NCBI GenBank assembly: GCA_043747615.1 | Contig: JAYTOU010000086.1 | Location: 8,191 to 72,190 of the forward strand | DNA length: 64,000 nt | Direction of reading: 5' to 3' | Source of the DNA: Myxococcales bacterium | Lineage (GTDB): Bacteria; Myxococcota_A; Polyangia; Polyangiales; Polyangiaceae | Part shown: positions 1-8,429 of the stretch, piece after piece | Numbering within the stretch: the first letter of the stretch is position 1 | Layout: each line of letters starts with the position of its first letter | Notes under the pieces: generated by a model | Databases searched by the model: none | Seen by the model: only the letters and a program-made list of their open reading frames with translations | What the model was told of the DNA's origin: nothing | Position numbers and translations under genes: made by a program

Positions 1-185
1 GCAAGCAAGAACGGGTGGAAGGCCTCGAGGTTCGCTTCGGGGGCATTCGTGGGAGCAGTCCCCCCTTCCTCGACACCGCCGAACCAGGGGTCACCCTCCG
101 CGGGTCCTTCAACCGCATCATCGGTCGAAGCCCGGAGCTCGCTGCCGTCTACGAGCGGGTGGCTCTCGCCGCCCAGACCGACGCT
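1..185 (+). pseudogene. Possible truncated sigma-54 activator (AAA+ domain start) fragment, in frame with bioB; 5' end lies outside the window
   Basis: The frame reads [27 protein letters not shown], the typical entry into an NtrC-family AAA+ domain. It breaks off before the expected VLIxGExGTGKE motif and runs into AT-richer sequence. Confidence 0.45.
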
Positions 186-242
186 AAAAATAGGTCTAAA
201 CACCATCGCCCGGATCCTCAAAGCGGATTAGTCTCGCCCGCG

Positions 243-1196
243 ATGAAGTCTCCGCTCTTCGCCCGCGAGTTCGTTCGCGCTCTCTACGACAGACCGCTTC
301 TTCCGCTGATCGATCAAGCGCGCAAGGTGCACCTCGAGCATCACGCCGACAACGAGGTGCAGCTGTGCACGCTCCTCAGCGTGAAGACGGGCGGCTGCGC
401 GGAAGACTGCTCGTACTGTCCCCAATCGAGCAAGTACACAACGGACGTCGAGCCGGAAAAGATGCTCGACGTGAAGGCGGTGCTCGCGAGCGCCAAGCGG
501 GCAAAAGAGCTCGGCTCGACACGCTTCTGCATGGGAGCGGCGTGGCGCGAAGTCAAAGACGGACCGGCGTTCGATCGCGTGCTCGACATGGTGCGCGGCG
601 TAAAAGACCTGGGTCTCGAAGCGTGCGTGACTCTCGGAATGGTGAACGACGCGCAGGCCGCAAAGCTCAAAGACGCGGGGCTCGATGCGTACAACCACAA
701 CCTGGACACCAGCCGCGAGCACTACCGGTCGATCATCACCACCCGCACCTTCGATGATCGTTTGAAGACGCTCGAGAACGTACGAAACGCCGGAATTACC
801 GTGTGCTCCGGCGGGATCATCGGAATGGGGGAGAGCGCCGACGACCGCTGCGAGATGCTCCGCACCCTGGCCAATCTCGATCCGCAGCCGGAGAGCGTTC
901 CCATCAACGCGCTCGTCCCCGTGAAGGGAACACCCCTCGCCGACATGCCCGTCGTCGATCCTCTCGATCTGGTACGCATGATCGCCATCGCCCGGATTCT
1001 CATGCCGCTCGCGCGCGTGCGGCTCTCGGCGGGGCGTACGGCACTCTCTCGCGAAGCGCAGATGTTGTGCATGCTCGCAGGCGCGAATTCGATCTTCTAC
1101 GGCGAAAAATTGCTCACGACGGCGAACCCCGAAGAAGAAGCCGACCTCTCGCTCCTCCGCGACGCAGGCCTCACGGCGATGGCTCCGCGCGCGTAG
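243..1196 (+). CDS. bioB: Biotin synthase (radical SAM)
   Basis: [15 protein letters not shown] (CxxxCxxC), [49 protein letters not shown]. Start chosen at ATG 243. Confidence 0.96.
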   Translation: MKSPLFAREFVRALYDRPLLPLIDQARKVHLEHHADNEVQLCTLLSVKTGGCAEDCSYCPQSSKYTTDVEPEKMLDVKAVLASAKRAKELGSTRFCMGAAWREVKDGPAFDRVLDMVRGVKDLGLEACVTLGMVNDAQAAKLKDAGLDAYNHNLDTSREHYRSIITTRTFDDRLKTLENVRNAGITVCSGGIIGMGESADDRCEMLRTLANLDPQPESVPINALVPVKGTPLADMPVVDPLDLVRMIAIARILMPLARVRLSAGRTALSREAQMLCMLAGANSIFYGEKLLTTANPEEEADLSLLRDAGLTAMAPRA

Positions 1197-1280
1197 AACA
1201 AGCTCCCCCGGCGTCTGAGGCAAGGCCAGCTGCAATGCCGCACCGGCGTCCGAGCAGCTTCAATGGCCCGCTCCTCGTGG

Positions 1281-2762
1281 TCAACGCGATGAAGGCGAAG
1301 AAAAAACGGCGATCGTGAAGACTCGGGAAATTCGTCCCGCACGGAAGGCGGTGCTCCCGTCGAGTTGGGTGATCGCACGATCCGGAAAGACCTTCGAGAG
1401 GTCGACCTCGAAGCGCTTGTCGGTCACGAAAATAATTTTCTCAGCGCTTTGCCAGGAGGCACGCGGGCGCCACACGTCGAAGTCGTCGCGGATGGGCGTC
1501 ATGCATCCCACGCGGTGGGTCGCTCCGAGCGCGGCCTCGAGCTGCGCGCAGATCACCCAGTGCGGACCGACGATGACGGCGTCGTGCTCCTCGGCGGAGA
1601 TCTGCTCGACGGTGGTGAGCGCCTCCGGCCATCCATAAAGCTCGCTCGAGATGTCGAGCTTCGGATCGACGGAGGCCGGAGCGAGACGCGCGACGCTGGG
1701 GACGAGCACCCAGGCGTGGACGAAGGCGGTGATGGCCCCGCCGACAGCGACCGCGGCGATCACCATTCGCTTGGAAATAAGGGTGATCGGACGTCGTGCA
1801 GCGTGAATCGGAAGGACGAGAAGCGCCGGCGCGATCCAGTGCGGCTCGGCCACACGACTCCATAAAGACAGGAGGACGAGCGGCACGAAGGGGACGACGA
1901 ACGCGTAGTAGAGAAGGCTGGCGATCGCGTCCTCGTGCCTCTTGCGAAAGAGATCGATCGCGGCCCACCCGGCGAGGATCACGATCACTGGCGAGACGTA
2001 AAGGAGCTGACCCCCGAGCACAGCGCCCACGTTGCGGAGCGAAGGGCCTGAGCCGACCTGGGTATCGACCAGACGATGCTGAAGCATCGGGAAGCCCGTG
2101 CGAGCCTCGAACCAGATGATCGGGAAGATGACGATCGCGCCGAGCGAGAGCCCGGCCCAAGGCCAGACCGTTCGGGCGTGTGCCCTCGCCGCAGGAGAAA
2201 AATAGGCACAAACGAGCGCCAGGAAGAGCAGCCCTCCCGGCACCTTCGCAGAGAAAGCGATCCCCGCGAGGAGCCCCGCGCCGACGAAGCAGGCCGCGCT
2301 CTCGTTCGATGGTGACCTCGCCAAGGCGAGCGCTGCCAGCCCGATCGCGGCGATCCACACGAGCGCGAGGAGGAGATCCGGCGTCATGGCGAAGAGTCCG
2401 ACCGAGATCTCCGGGCAGACCGCCACCACCAGCGCTGCGAGGCAGGCCGCGTCCTTCTCCGCTCCCGCAGCCCGTGCGGCGAGCAAGAGCAGCCAGGGGA
2501 GAAGCGTGGCAAGCACCGCGGTGACCTGGTGCGCCGTGTGCGGAGAGGGCGCCGTCCCCGAGCCGATCGTGCGCGCCACGAGGCCGATCAGGCCAGGGTG
2601 ATCGAGGTACGCCGGAGCCGGGTGGAGGGCATACGACGCGTAAAGCGCCTCGCTGTCCCCGAAGCCGACCGCGCTCGCTGCGATGAGGCGTGTCGTGAGG
2701 AGCGCGCCGGACACGAGCACCAGCCCGAGCAGCGGTAGGCCTAGGCGGTTTTCTTCAGCCAT
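1281..2762 (-). CDS. GT-C fold membrane glycosyltransferase (GT39/GT83, PMT/ArnT-like)
   Basis: Many TM segments; DSEALYASYA...AYLDHPGL and MTPDLLL motifs; C-terminal soluble domain. Start MAEEN overlaps the lpxB end. Confidence 0.8.
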   Translation of the reverse strand: MAEENRLGLPLLGLVLVSGALLTTRLIAASAVGFGDSEALYASYALHPAPAYLDHPGLIGLVARTIGSGTAPSPHTAHQVTAVLATLLPWLLLLAARAAGAEKDAACLAALVVAVCPEISVGLFAMTPDLLLALVWIAAIGLAALALARSPSNESAACFVGAGLLAGIAFSAKVPGGLLFLALVCAYFSPAARAHARTVWPWAGLSLGAIVIFPIIWFEARTGFPMLQHRLVDTQVGSGPSLRNVGAVLGGQLLYVSPVIVILAGWAAIDLFRKRHEDAIASLLYYAFVVPFVPLVLLSLWSRVAEPHWIAPALLVLPIHAARRPITLISKRMVIAAVAVGGAITAFVHAWVLVPSVARLAPASVDPKLDISSELYGWPEALTTVEQISAEEHDAVIVGPHWVICAQLEAALGATHRVGCMTPIRDDFDVWRPRASWQSAEKIIFVTDKRFEVDLSKVFPDRAITQLDGSTAFRAGRISRVFTIAVFSSPSSR

Positions 2763-3874
2763 GGCTCGATCATCCTGGCCACCTCGCGTGACGGAAAACG
2801 GCGCGGACCGAGGGTCGCCTCGACGTCGTCGCATGCCTTCAGAAATCGGGTGCGCTCGTCGAAGGCCTTACCCAGCGCCTCGGCAAGACGGCGCGGCCGC
2901 ACGTCGCGCTGAAGGAGCTCGGGAAACACAGTCTGCCCGAGGAGGATGTTCGGGAGCGCGATCCGGGGGGTGGATCCGAGGAGCGCGCGAGCGGTGAGCT
3001 CGGTCAGGAGTCCCGTGCGGTAGACGACGATGGGGATCGCGCGAGCGAGCGTACTCTCGAGCGCCGCCGTGCCCGAGGCCGTAAGCGCGGCATCAAAGGC
3101 CTCGAGAACGGAGATCGCGCCGGCGTGAGCATCCACCAGAAATACGCCTACGTTTCTCGACGCGCCGAGCTCGAGCGCCCAGGCCCGGGTACGTGCATCG
3201 AGGCTCGGCGCAAGGAGGATTCTCGCGTCCACGCTGGCCCGCTCCTTACGAACGAGCTCGTACGCGTCGAGCATCGTCGGGAGGAGCGCTACGACTTCGT
3301 GGGGCCGGCTCCCCGGCATGATTGCCAGCGCAGAGGCGTACGGAGTGAGCCCGAGCGCGCGCCTCGCTGTGTCCCGATCCATCGTCGTCGTCTCGCGTGC
3401 GGGATGACCTACGTAGTGTGCGTCGACCCCTGCGCTGCGCCACAGCTCCTCTTCGAACGGGAGGATCACCGCCATGCGATCGACCGAGCGGCGAAGCGTT
3501 GCCATGCGGCCCGGGCGCCACGCCCACACCTGCGGAGCCACATACCAGAGAACGCGAACGCCCGAGGAATGAAGGCTCTTCGCGAGATGCGAGTTGAACT
3601 CGCTGTAGTTGACGAGGAGCGCGGCCCGCGGCTTTCGCTTTCTCGCTGCGGACGCGATCCGCGCATGGGCAAGGGCGATCGGACCAGCCCGTGCGATCAC
3701 TTCGCCGACCCCGAGCGCGGTGAGCGTTCGCAGATCGGCGACGACCTCCATGCCCGCGGCAGCAAGAGCGGGGCCGCCCAACCCAAACGCAGCGACGTTG
3801 CCGAGCGCCGACATCACGTGCGCGGCCGCGCGATCCCCCGATGCTTCTCCGGCGACGACGAGGAGATCGGTCAT
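2741..3874 (-). CDS. lpxB: Lipid-A-disaccharide synthase
   Basis: VVAGEASGD, YVAPQVWAWRPGR, ILPFE, YVGHP, MPGSRPHEV, SGTAALE, ALPNIL, PELLQ. ATG 3874 overlaps the upstream stop (ATGA). Confidence 0.93.
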   Translation of the reverse strand: MTDLLVVAGEASGDRAAAHVMSALGNVAAFGLGGPALAAAGMEVVADLRTLTALGVGEVIARAGPIALAHARIASAARKRKPRAALLVNYSEFNSHLAKSLHSSGVRVLWYVAPQVWAWRPGRMATLRRSVDRMAVILPFEEELWRSAGVDAHYVGHPARETTTMDRDTARRALGLTPYASALAIMPGSRPHEVVALLPTMLDAYELVRKERASVDARILLAPSLDARTRAWALELGASRNVGVFLVDAHAGAISVLEAFDAALTASGTAALESTLARAIPIVVYRTGLLTELTARALLGSTPRIALPNILLGQTVFPELLQRDVRPRRLAEALGKAFDERTRFLKACDDVEATLGPRRFPSREVARMIEPWLKKTA

Positions 3875-4824
3875 CGCCTCGAATGACTGCGACGGCGGCT
3901 GGCCCGCGCCAAGCTGAGAGCTCCAAGAGCGCCGATCGCCACGAGCGCGCCGCCGGGCTCCGTGGTGCCGCCGCGCACGGCGCCGACGAGGCCGACCTGG
4001 CAGCCCTTCGCCGACGCGGGGACGCCGCAATCTTTCGTGAACCCGTGCCGCGGCGTTGGATCGCAGACATCCTCCGGGACGGAGCCGGTGTCGACGTTGC
4101 GCGTCCCGTTCGGCGGGTAGATCGCGCAGATGCCGCTCACGTCGTCGCTCGTCAAGTTGCGCATGGCAGTCGCGCCTTGCTTGTAGTGTGCAAACATCGT
4201 TGCGTGAGCGTCGGTGGAGTGCGCCAGACCCAGAAAATGACCTGTTTCGTGGGTGATGATGCTTGCGAAGTCGAAGCCGTCGGCGAGGATCGGGTCCTTG
4301 ACCGTCAGGCGCTGCTGGGCCGTGTTGACCTCCATGTCCGCGTCGAAGATCTCTCCGGTGTCGGGGCTGAAGGTGACCGTGGTCAGCGCCAACGTATTGT
4401 TCGAATCCATGTGGGTCCACGTGTCGTCACGGAAGGCGATCACGTGCTGGTTAGGGCCGTCCTTGTTGTACTCGACGGCGCCGCAAGCGACCGGGCCAAG
4501 ATCGCGCACGTCGATGCTCACCAGCGACCTGCCCGTACCGTCCGTGGGGCAGCTCGTGCCCGTCCACTTGCCGAACGCGGCGGTCAATCCGGCCGCAGCG
4601 TCGTCATAGGAGACCTGGCGGCTCGCATCCTTTTGCAAGCTGTAGCCGACGCAGGCGTTCTTCCAGTAGAGAGGCTTGCCGATGGTGCAGCATTCCGTGC
4701 CCCCGATGGTGCACCCGTTGCGCAAACCGCCCGTCGACGTGCGGCAGAAAGCGTTTGCGCGGGGGCCAATCGTAAGGAGAGCCGCAAAGGTGAGCGCGGA
4801 GACGAAGAAGCGATCAGTTCGCAT
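3871..4824 (-). CDS. Matrixin-family (M10) zinc metalloprotease with MYXO-CTERM-like C-terminal sorting signal
   Basis: Signal peptide; HETGHFLGLAHS metzincin motif with ATM Met-turn; Cys-rich; C-terminal GC...hydrophobic helix...RRRS tail. Confidence 0.85.
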   Translation of the reverse strand: MRTDRFFVSALTFAALLTIGPRANAFCRTSTGGLRNGCTIGGTECCTIGKPLYWKNACVGYSLQKDASRQVSYDDAAAGLTAAFGKWTGTSCPTDGTGRSLVSIDVRDLGPVACGAVEYNKDGPNQHVIAFRDDTWTHMDSNNTLALTTVTFSPDTGEIFDADMEVNTAQQRLTVKDPILADGFDFASIITHETGHFLGLAHSTDAHATMFAHYKQGATAMRNLTSDDVSGICAIYPPNGTRNVDTGSVPEDVCDPTPRHGFTKDCGVPASAKGCQVGLVGAVRGGTTEPGGALVAIGALGALSLARASRRRSHSRR

Positions 4825-5407
4825 GCAGTCGCTTCCAGGTGCTCGCAACCTCGGCGGTGACGTCGTCGACCGGGCGGCCCTCGATCGCCTCCGAGGCCAG
4901 GCGCTGCGCCGCCGCGGACGGATGACGCAAGATCACTCCGGCGGAATTGTTTCTCGTGAAGAGGCGCTGCTTCTTGTCGGCACCGAGGGTGATGGGAAAC
5001 TGCCCCTGGGCGCGCGCGGTGACGACGTGCACTCCGGCGTTGCCGCGGTCGGGGCGCAAGAAGAGGAGGCAAGGGACACCGATGTGAAGCACCGCTTCGC
5101 CGTCCACCGATTGCCCGACGTCCCCCACGATTCCTCCGAGCGTCACCACCCAGGTGTTGGCGTTCGTCTTGAGCTCTCCGGCGACGGCGCTCTCCATGAC
5201 GACACGCGTGTAGGTGACGATCCTCGGACCTTCCCATACCGCGTGCTGCTCGACGGGCGTAGCCACTCCGACCGAAGTCGTGTCTCGCACCAGAGCCTCG
5301 AACACCACGGCCGCAGAGACGGAGCCCCGGGCGTCCTGCGCTGCGAGACTCACGAAACTCGCAAAAAATAGCGCGATCAGCGCGGCGCGAAGAAAAAAAC
5401 GGGGCAT
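4814..5407 (-). CDS. Secreted hypothetical protein, probable partner of the matrixin
   Basis: Signal peptide MPRFFLRAALIALFF...; WEGPRIVT and TLGGIVGDVGQSVDGEA segments; 3' end overlaps the matrixin start. Confidence 0.7.
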   Translation of the reverse strand: MPRFFLRAALIALFFASFVSLAAQDARGSVSAAVVFEALVRDTTSVGVATPVEQHAVWEGPRIVTYTRVVMESAVAGELKTNANTWVVTLGGIVGDVGQSVDGEAVLHIGVPCLLFLRPDRGNAGVHVVTARAQGQFPITLGADKKQRLFTRNNSAGVILRHPSAAAQRLASEAIEGRPVDDVTAEVASTWKRLHAN

Positions 5408-5457
5408 CCTCGAACGATAGCACACGCGTTTCCGAGCCGCGCCGTGGGCAGACGGCG

Positions 5458-6531
5458 TTACCAGCGGACCAGCGCGCAACCCCAGTGGATGCCCGCGCCG
5501 AGCGCGAGGAACATGTTCAGCTCGCCCCGCTTCAGTTTCCCGGCCCGCGTCTGCTCGTCGATCAAAATCGGGAGCGTCCCGGCGCTCGTGTTGCCGAAGC
5601 GATCGATGTTCATGGGCATCTTCTCGGACGGGACGCCGAGCTGTCCGCGGACGTACTCGTTGATGCGCTGGTTCGCCTGATGCGCGAGGAACCAATCGAT
5701 TTGGTCGAGGGTGACGTTCTCTTCCTGCGCGAGGTCGCGCGCCGTCCTCGGGAGCTTGGTCACCGCGAACTTGAACAGCTCCTTTCCATCCATGCGCGGG
5801 ATGTAGGCTTCCTCTTCGTACATATCGGGCTTCCAGTACGGGCGCGTTCGGAAGCCGCCACCGGGAACGTAGAGGGACTTCGCGAAGCGACCGTCGGAAT
5901 GAATCTTCAGTCCGCGCAGGCCCGCGTCGCGATCGGTGGCGCGAAAGAGGAGGGCGCCCGCACCGTCACCGAAGAGGACGGCGAGCGCGCGGTGGCGATT
6001 GGCCTTTGCGCGTGCCTCGGGGGACACAGCGCGCTTGTTTTTCGGGTCGAGCGCGGCCCAATCTTCCCACGGCATGAAGCCGGCATGGGCCTCGGCGCCG
6101 ACGAAGAGGATCGTCTTCGCCGCTCCGGTCTTGATGAGACCGTTGATCATCTGCAGTCCGAAGATCATGGCTGCGCACTGCTGGCGAATGTCGAGCGCGG
6201 GCACTCCTTCGATGCCGAGCTTGGCCCCGAGAAGCGCGCCAGATCCCGGGAAAATATAGTCCGGAGTCATGGTCGCGAAGAGAATGTAGTCGATCTCTTT
6301 TGCGCTGATGCCCGCGGCCTCGATGGCTCGCTTCGACGCCTCGAGACCGAGATCGCTCGCCCCCACGCCCTCGGGCGCGAAATGCCGTTGGCGAATTCCG
6401 GAGCGCTGGAAGATCCACTCGTCGGAGGTGTCCATCACCCGCGACAGATCCTCGTTCGTGACCGGCTCGCCGGGAACGTGATGTCCCGTCCCGATGACTT
6501 CGAAGCCTAGCTGAGAACAGTCTTTTGCCAC
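5458..6531 (-). CDS. fabH: 3-oxoacyl-ACP synthase III (FabH family)
   Basis: DTSDEWIFQRSGIRQR; catalytic Cys (QQCAA), His (HQAN), Asn (GNTSAG); LFGDGAGA; GAGIHWG. Confidence 0.88.
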   Translation of the reverse strand: MAKDCSQLGFEVIGTGHHVPGEPVTNEDLSRVMDTSDEWIFQRSGIRQRHFAPEGVGASDLGLEASKRAIEAAGISAKEIDYILFATMTPDYIFPGSGALLGAKLGIEGVPALDIRQQCAAMIFGLQMINGLIKTGAAKTILFVGAEAHAGFMPWEDWAALDPKNKRAVSPEARAKANRHRALAVLFGDGAGALLFRATDRDAGLRGLKIHSDGRFAKSLYVPGGGFRTRPYWKPDMYEEEAYIPRMDGKELFKFAVTKLPRTARDLAQEENVTLDQIDWFLAHQANQRINEYVRGQLGVPSEKMPMNIDRFGNTSAGTLPILIDEQTRAGKLKRGELNMFLALGAGIHWGCALVRW

Positions 6532-6582
6532 GATACCGCAGAATTTAGCCGAAATTACGGGTTTTGGCGAATCACGAAACGG

Positions 6583-7482
6583 TCATGAGCGGCGCGCGAG
6601 GCCGAGGACGGTCAGGGTCTCCTCGGAGCGTCGCATCGTCACCACGTCGCCCAGGGTGACGTCGTGCATGATGTGGTGTCCGTCGAGAAAGAGCTTGGCG
6701 TTGCGCATCTTGCTGCGAAGGACGACCGTGCCGCCTTCGTCGACGAGGGCCGTAGCCAGCTTGAACGTCGCTCCGAAGCGAATGTAGGGCTCACGCACCA
6801 CCACTTGAATTTTTGGCGAGGTGAGCGGGAGGACCTTGCCGCCTGCGCTCCTTTGCGCTGCCGTCGAGCCTGCGGCGGGGCCGATCCAGAGTCCGCTCGA
6901 GCGTTGATCTTCCTCCGCGGCGGCTCCTCCCGGCTGCACCACGCGCAAGATGTACCGCGAGGTCGCCGCCGGAGACTCGTGGCAGTAGAGCGCCTCGTTG
7001 AGGACGCGGCGATGCAAGCACTGATCGTTCAGATCCACCCGCATCCGGGAGAGCTGTGCGCGCTTCAAGCTGCCGTCGAGAGCGGAGGCGAGGGTGGCTT
7101 CGACGGTTCCTTTTTTTGCTGCGCAGAAAAAGCCAACGGAGGTGTCCGGTGCGCTGTTCACGCCGAGGAGGGGACTCTTTGCGTCGACGTTGTGTGACGC
7201 CGCGAGGAGCGTTCCGTCACCACCTACCGTCACCACCAGATCGTGCGGACCTTCGACGAGCGTGCGCGGACCGATGAAGAGCTCGAAGTCTGCTCCGAGC
7301 TTCTCCAGCGCGGCCCGCACCTCGCGCACCGTCTCTTCATGATCGTCGTGGGTGCGACGCATGCGCTTCACCGAAGGATCACCCTTGGCGAGGAGACGGG
7401 TGACCTGCTCGTCGTGCTGCTCCTCCACGAGCGTGCGGTACGACGTGCGCTTGACGAGAACGAGAACGCGTTTCTTCTTCAC
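6583..7482 (-). CDS. nadK: NAD(+)/NADH kinase
   Basis: VGGDGTLL, LGVNS, VGFF, LNE, SSGLWIGPAAGSTA...SAGG motifs. Confidence 0.88.
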   Translation of the reverse strand: MKKKRVLVLVKRTSYRTLVEEQHDEQVTRLLAKGDPSVKRMRRTHDDHEETVREVRAALEKLGADFELFIGPRTLVEGPHDLVVTVGGDGTLLAASHNVDAKSPLLGVNSAPDTSVGFFCAAKKGTVEATLASALDGSLKRAQLSRMRVDLNDQCLHRRVLNEALYCHESPAATSRYILRVVQPGGAAAEEDQRSSGLWIGPAAGSTAAQRSAGGKVLPLTSPKIQVVVREPYIRFGATFKLATALVDEGGTVVLRSKMRNAKLFLDGHHIMHDVTLGDVVTMRRSEETLTVLGLARRS

Positions 7483-8132
7483 TCGAGCTCCGCGAAGCGA
7501 CGAAGTGCGAGCTCCGTCTTCGAGTCACGCAAATGTCCTGCGCGCGCGTGCGCGAGAGCCTCCTGCAAGGGGATGGCGATCAAACGAGCGCCCCTCTCGA
7601 GCGGCGAGCCATCTTCTCCGGGTGTGGTCAGCGCGCTCGGATCGACTTTGACGTGAAAGAAGACGTGCCGTTCGCCGATCATTCCGGGAGAAGGGTACGC
7701 CCATGGTCCGAGCTCGCGCATGGCCTCGGGCGACACGGTCGCGCCCAGCTCCTCTTGAAGCTCGCGCACCGCTGCCTCGCGCGGCACTTCTCCGGGGTCG
7801 ATCATCCCGGCAACGCACTCCCACATTCCGGGCTCGGCGAAGGGGGGAAGCTCACGCAAGGCGAGGGGAGGGCGGACGGCCGATCGCAAGTAAACGAGCG
7901 TCTCGCTCCCTTTTTTTGCGTACGCCACAACCACCACGGCATCGAGCGCGCGCCGCGATCCAGTGTCGTACGAGAAAGCTTCGCTCGCCGAGCCGTCCGG
8001 GTAGCGAGCAATCAAGGTCAGTCGACGGATGTTCAAGAACCCGCCGCTCGCGGACGCGCCGGGCGTGTGGTCCTCGGCGATCTCGAGACGGATGTCGGGG
8101 AGCGGCGGAAGCTCACGCAGATCGCCTGGCAC
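7479..8132 (-). CDS. NUDIX hydrolase (ADP-ribose pyrophosphatase-like)
   Basis: Nudix box AGMIDPGEVPREAAVRELQEELG; YPSPG; DSKTE. Confidence 0.88.
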   Translation of the reverse strand: MPGDLRELPPLPDIRLEIAEDHTPGASASGGFLNIRRLTLIARYPDGSASEAFSYDTGSRRALDAVVVVAYAKKGSETLVYLRSAVRPPLALRELPPFAEPGMWECVAGMIDPGEVPREAAVRELQEELGATVSPEAMRELGPWAYPSPGMIGERHVFFHVKVDPSALTTPGEDGSPLERGARLIAIPLQEALAHARAGHLRDSKTELALRRFAELE

Positions 8133-8429
8133 GTGCTCAAATTACTCCGTTTCTTACGCATGCCAATCATTGACCGGCGTTCCCGCGGAAAAGGATACGT
8201 TCGAGGGGCGTGGACGACCCTCCGCCATACCGGCCCCCGCACCGAGGGTCCTGCTCGCGCTCGCCGCCGACGTGACCTTTGTCGTGGCCGCGCTGCGCCG
8301 CTGAGCGGAATAGGGGGGTGAAGGTGCTGGTTAATCCACTAGAATGGTGACGACGAAGTCCAGCTGACCCGTCCCACGAACCGAACGGGGAACTTTGGGC
8401 CGCGTCGAACGTCTTAGGCACTGCAGGAG

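Noticed and set aside
186..242. BirA operator upstream of bioB
   Set aside because: No convincing TGTAAACC-N-GGTTTACA-type palindrome.
8133..8429. Small ORF or gene remnant in the NUDIX/MoxR-operon divergent gap
   Set aside because: Short frames lack a credible start or motif.
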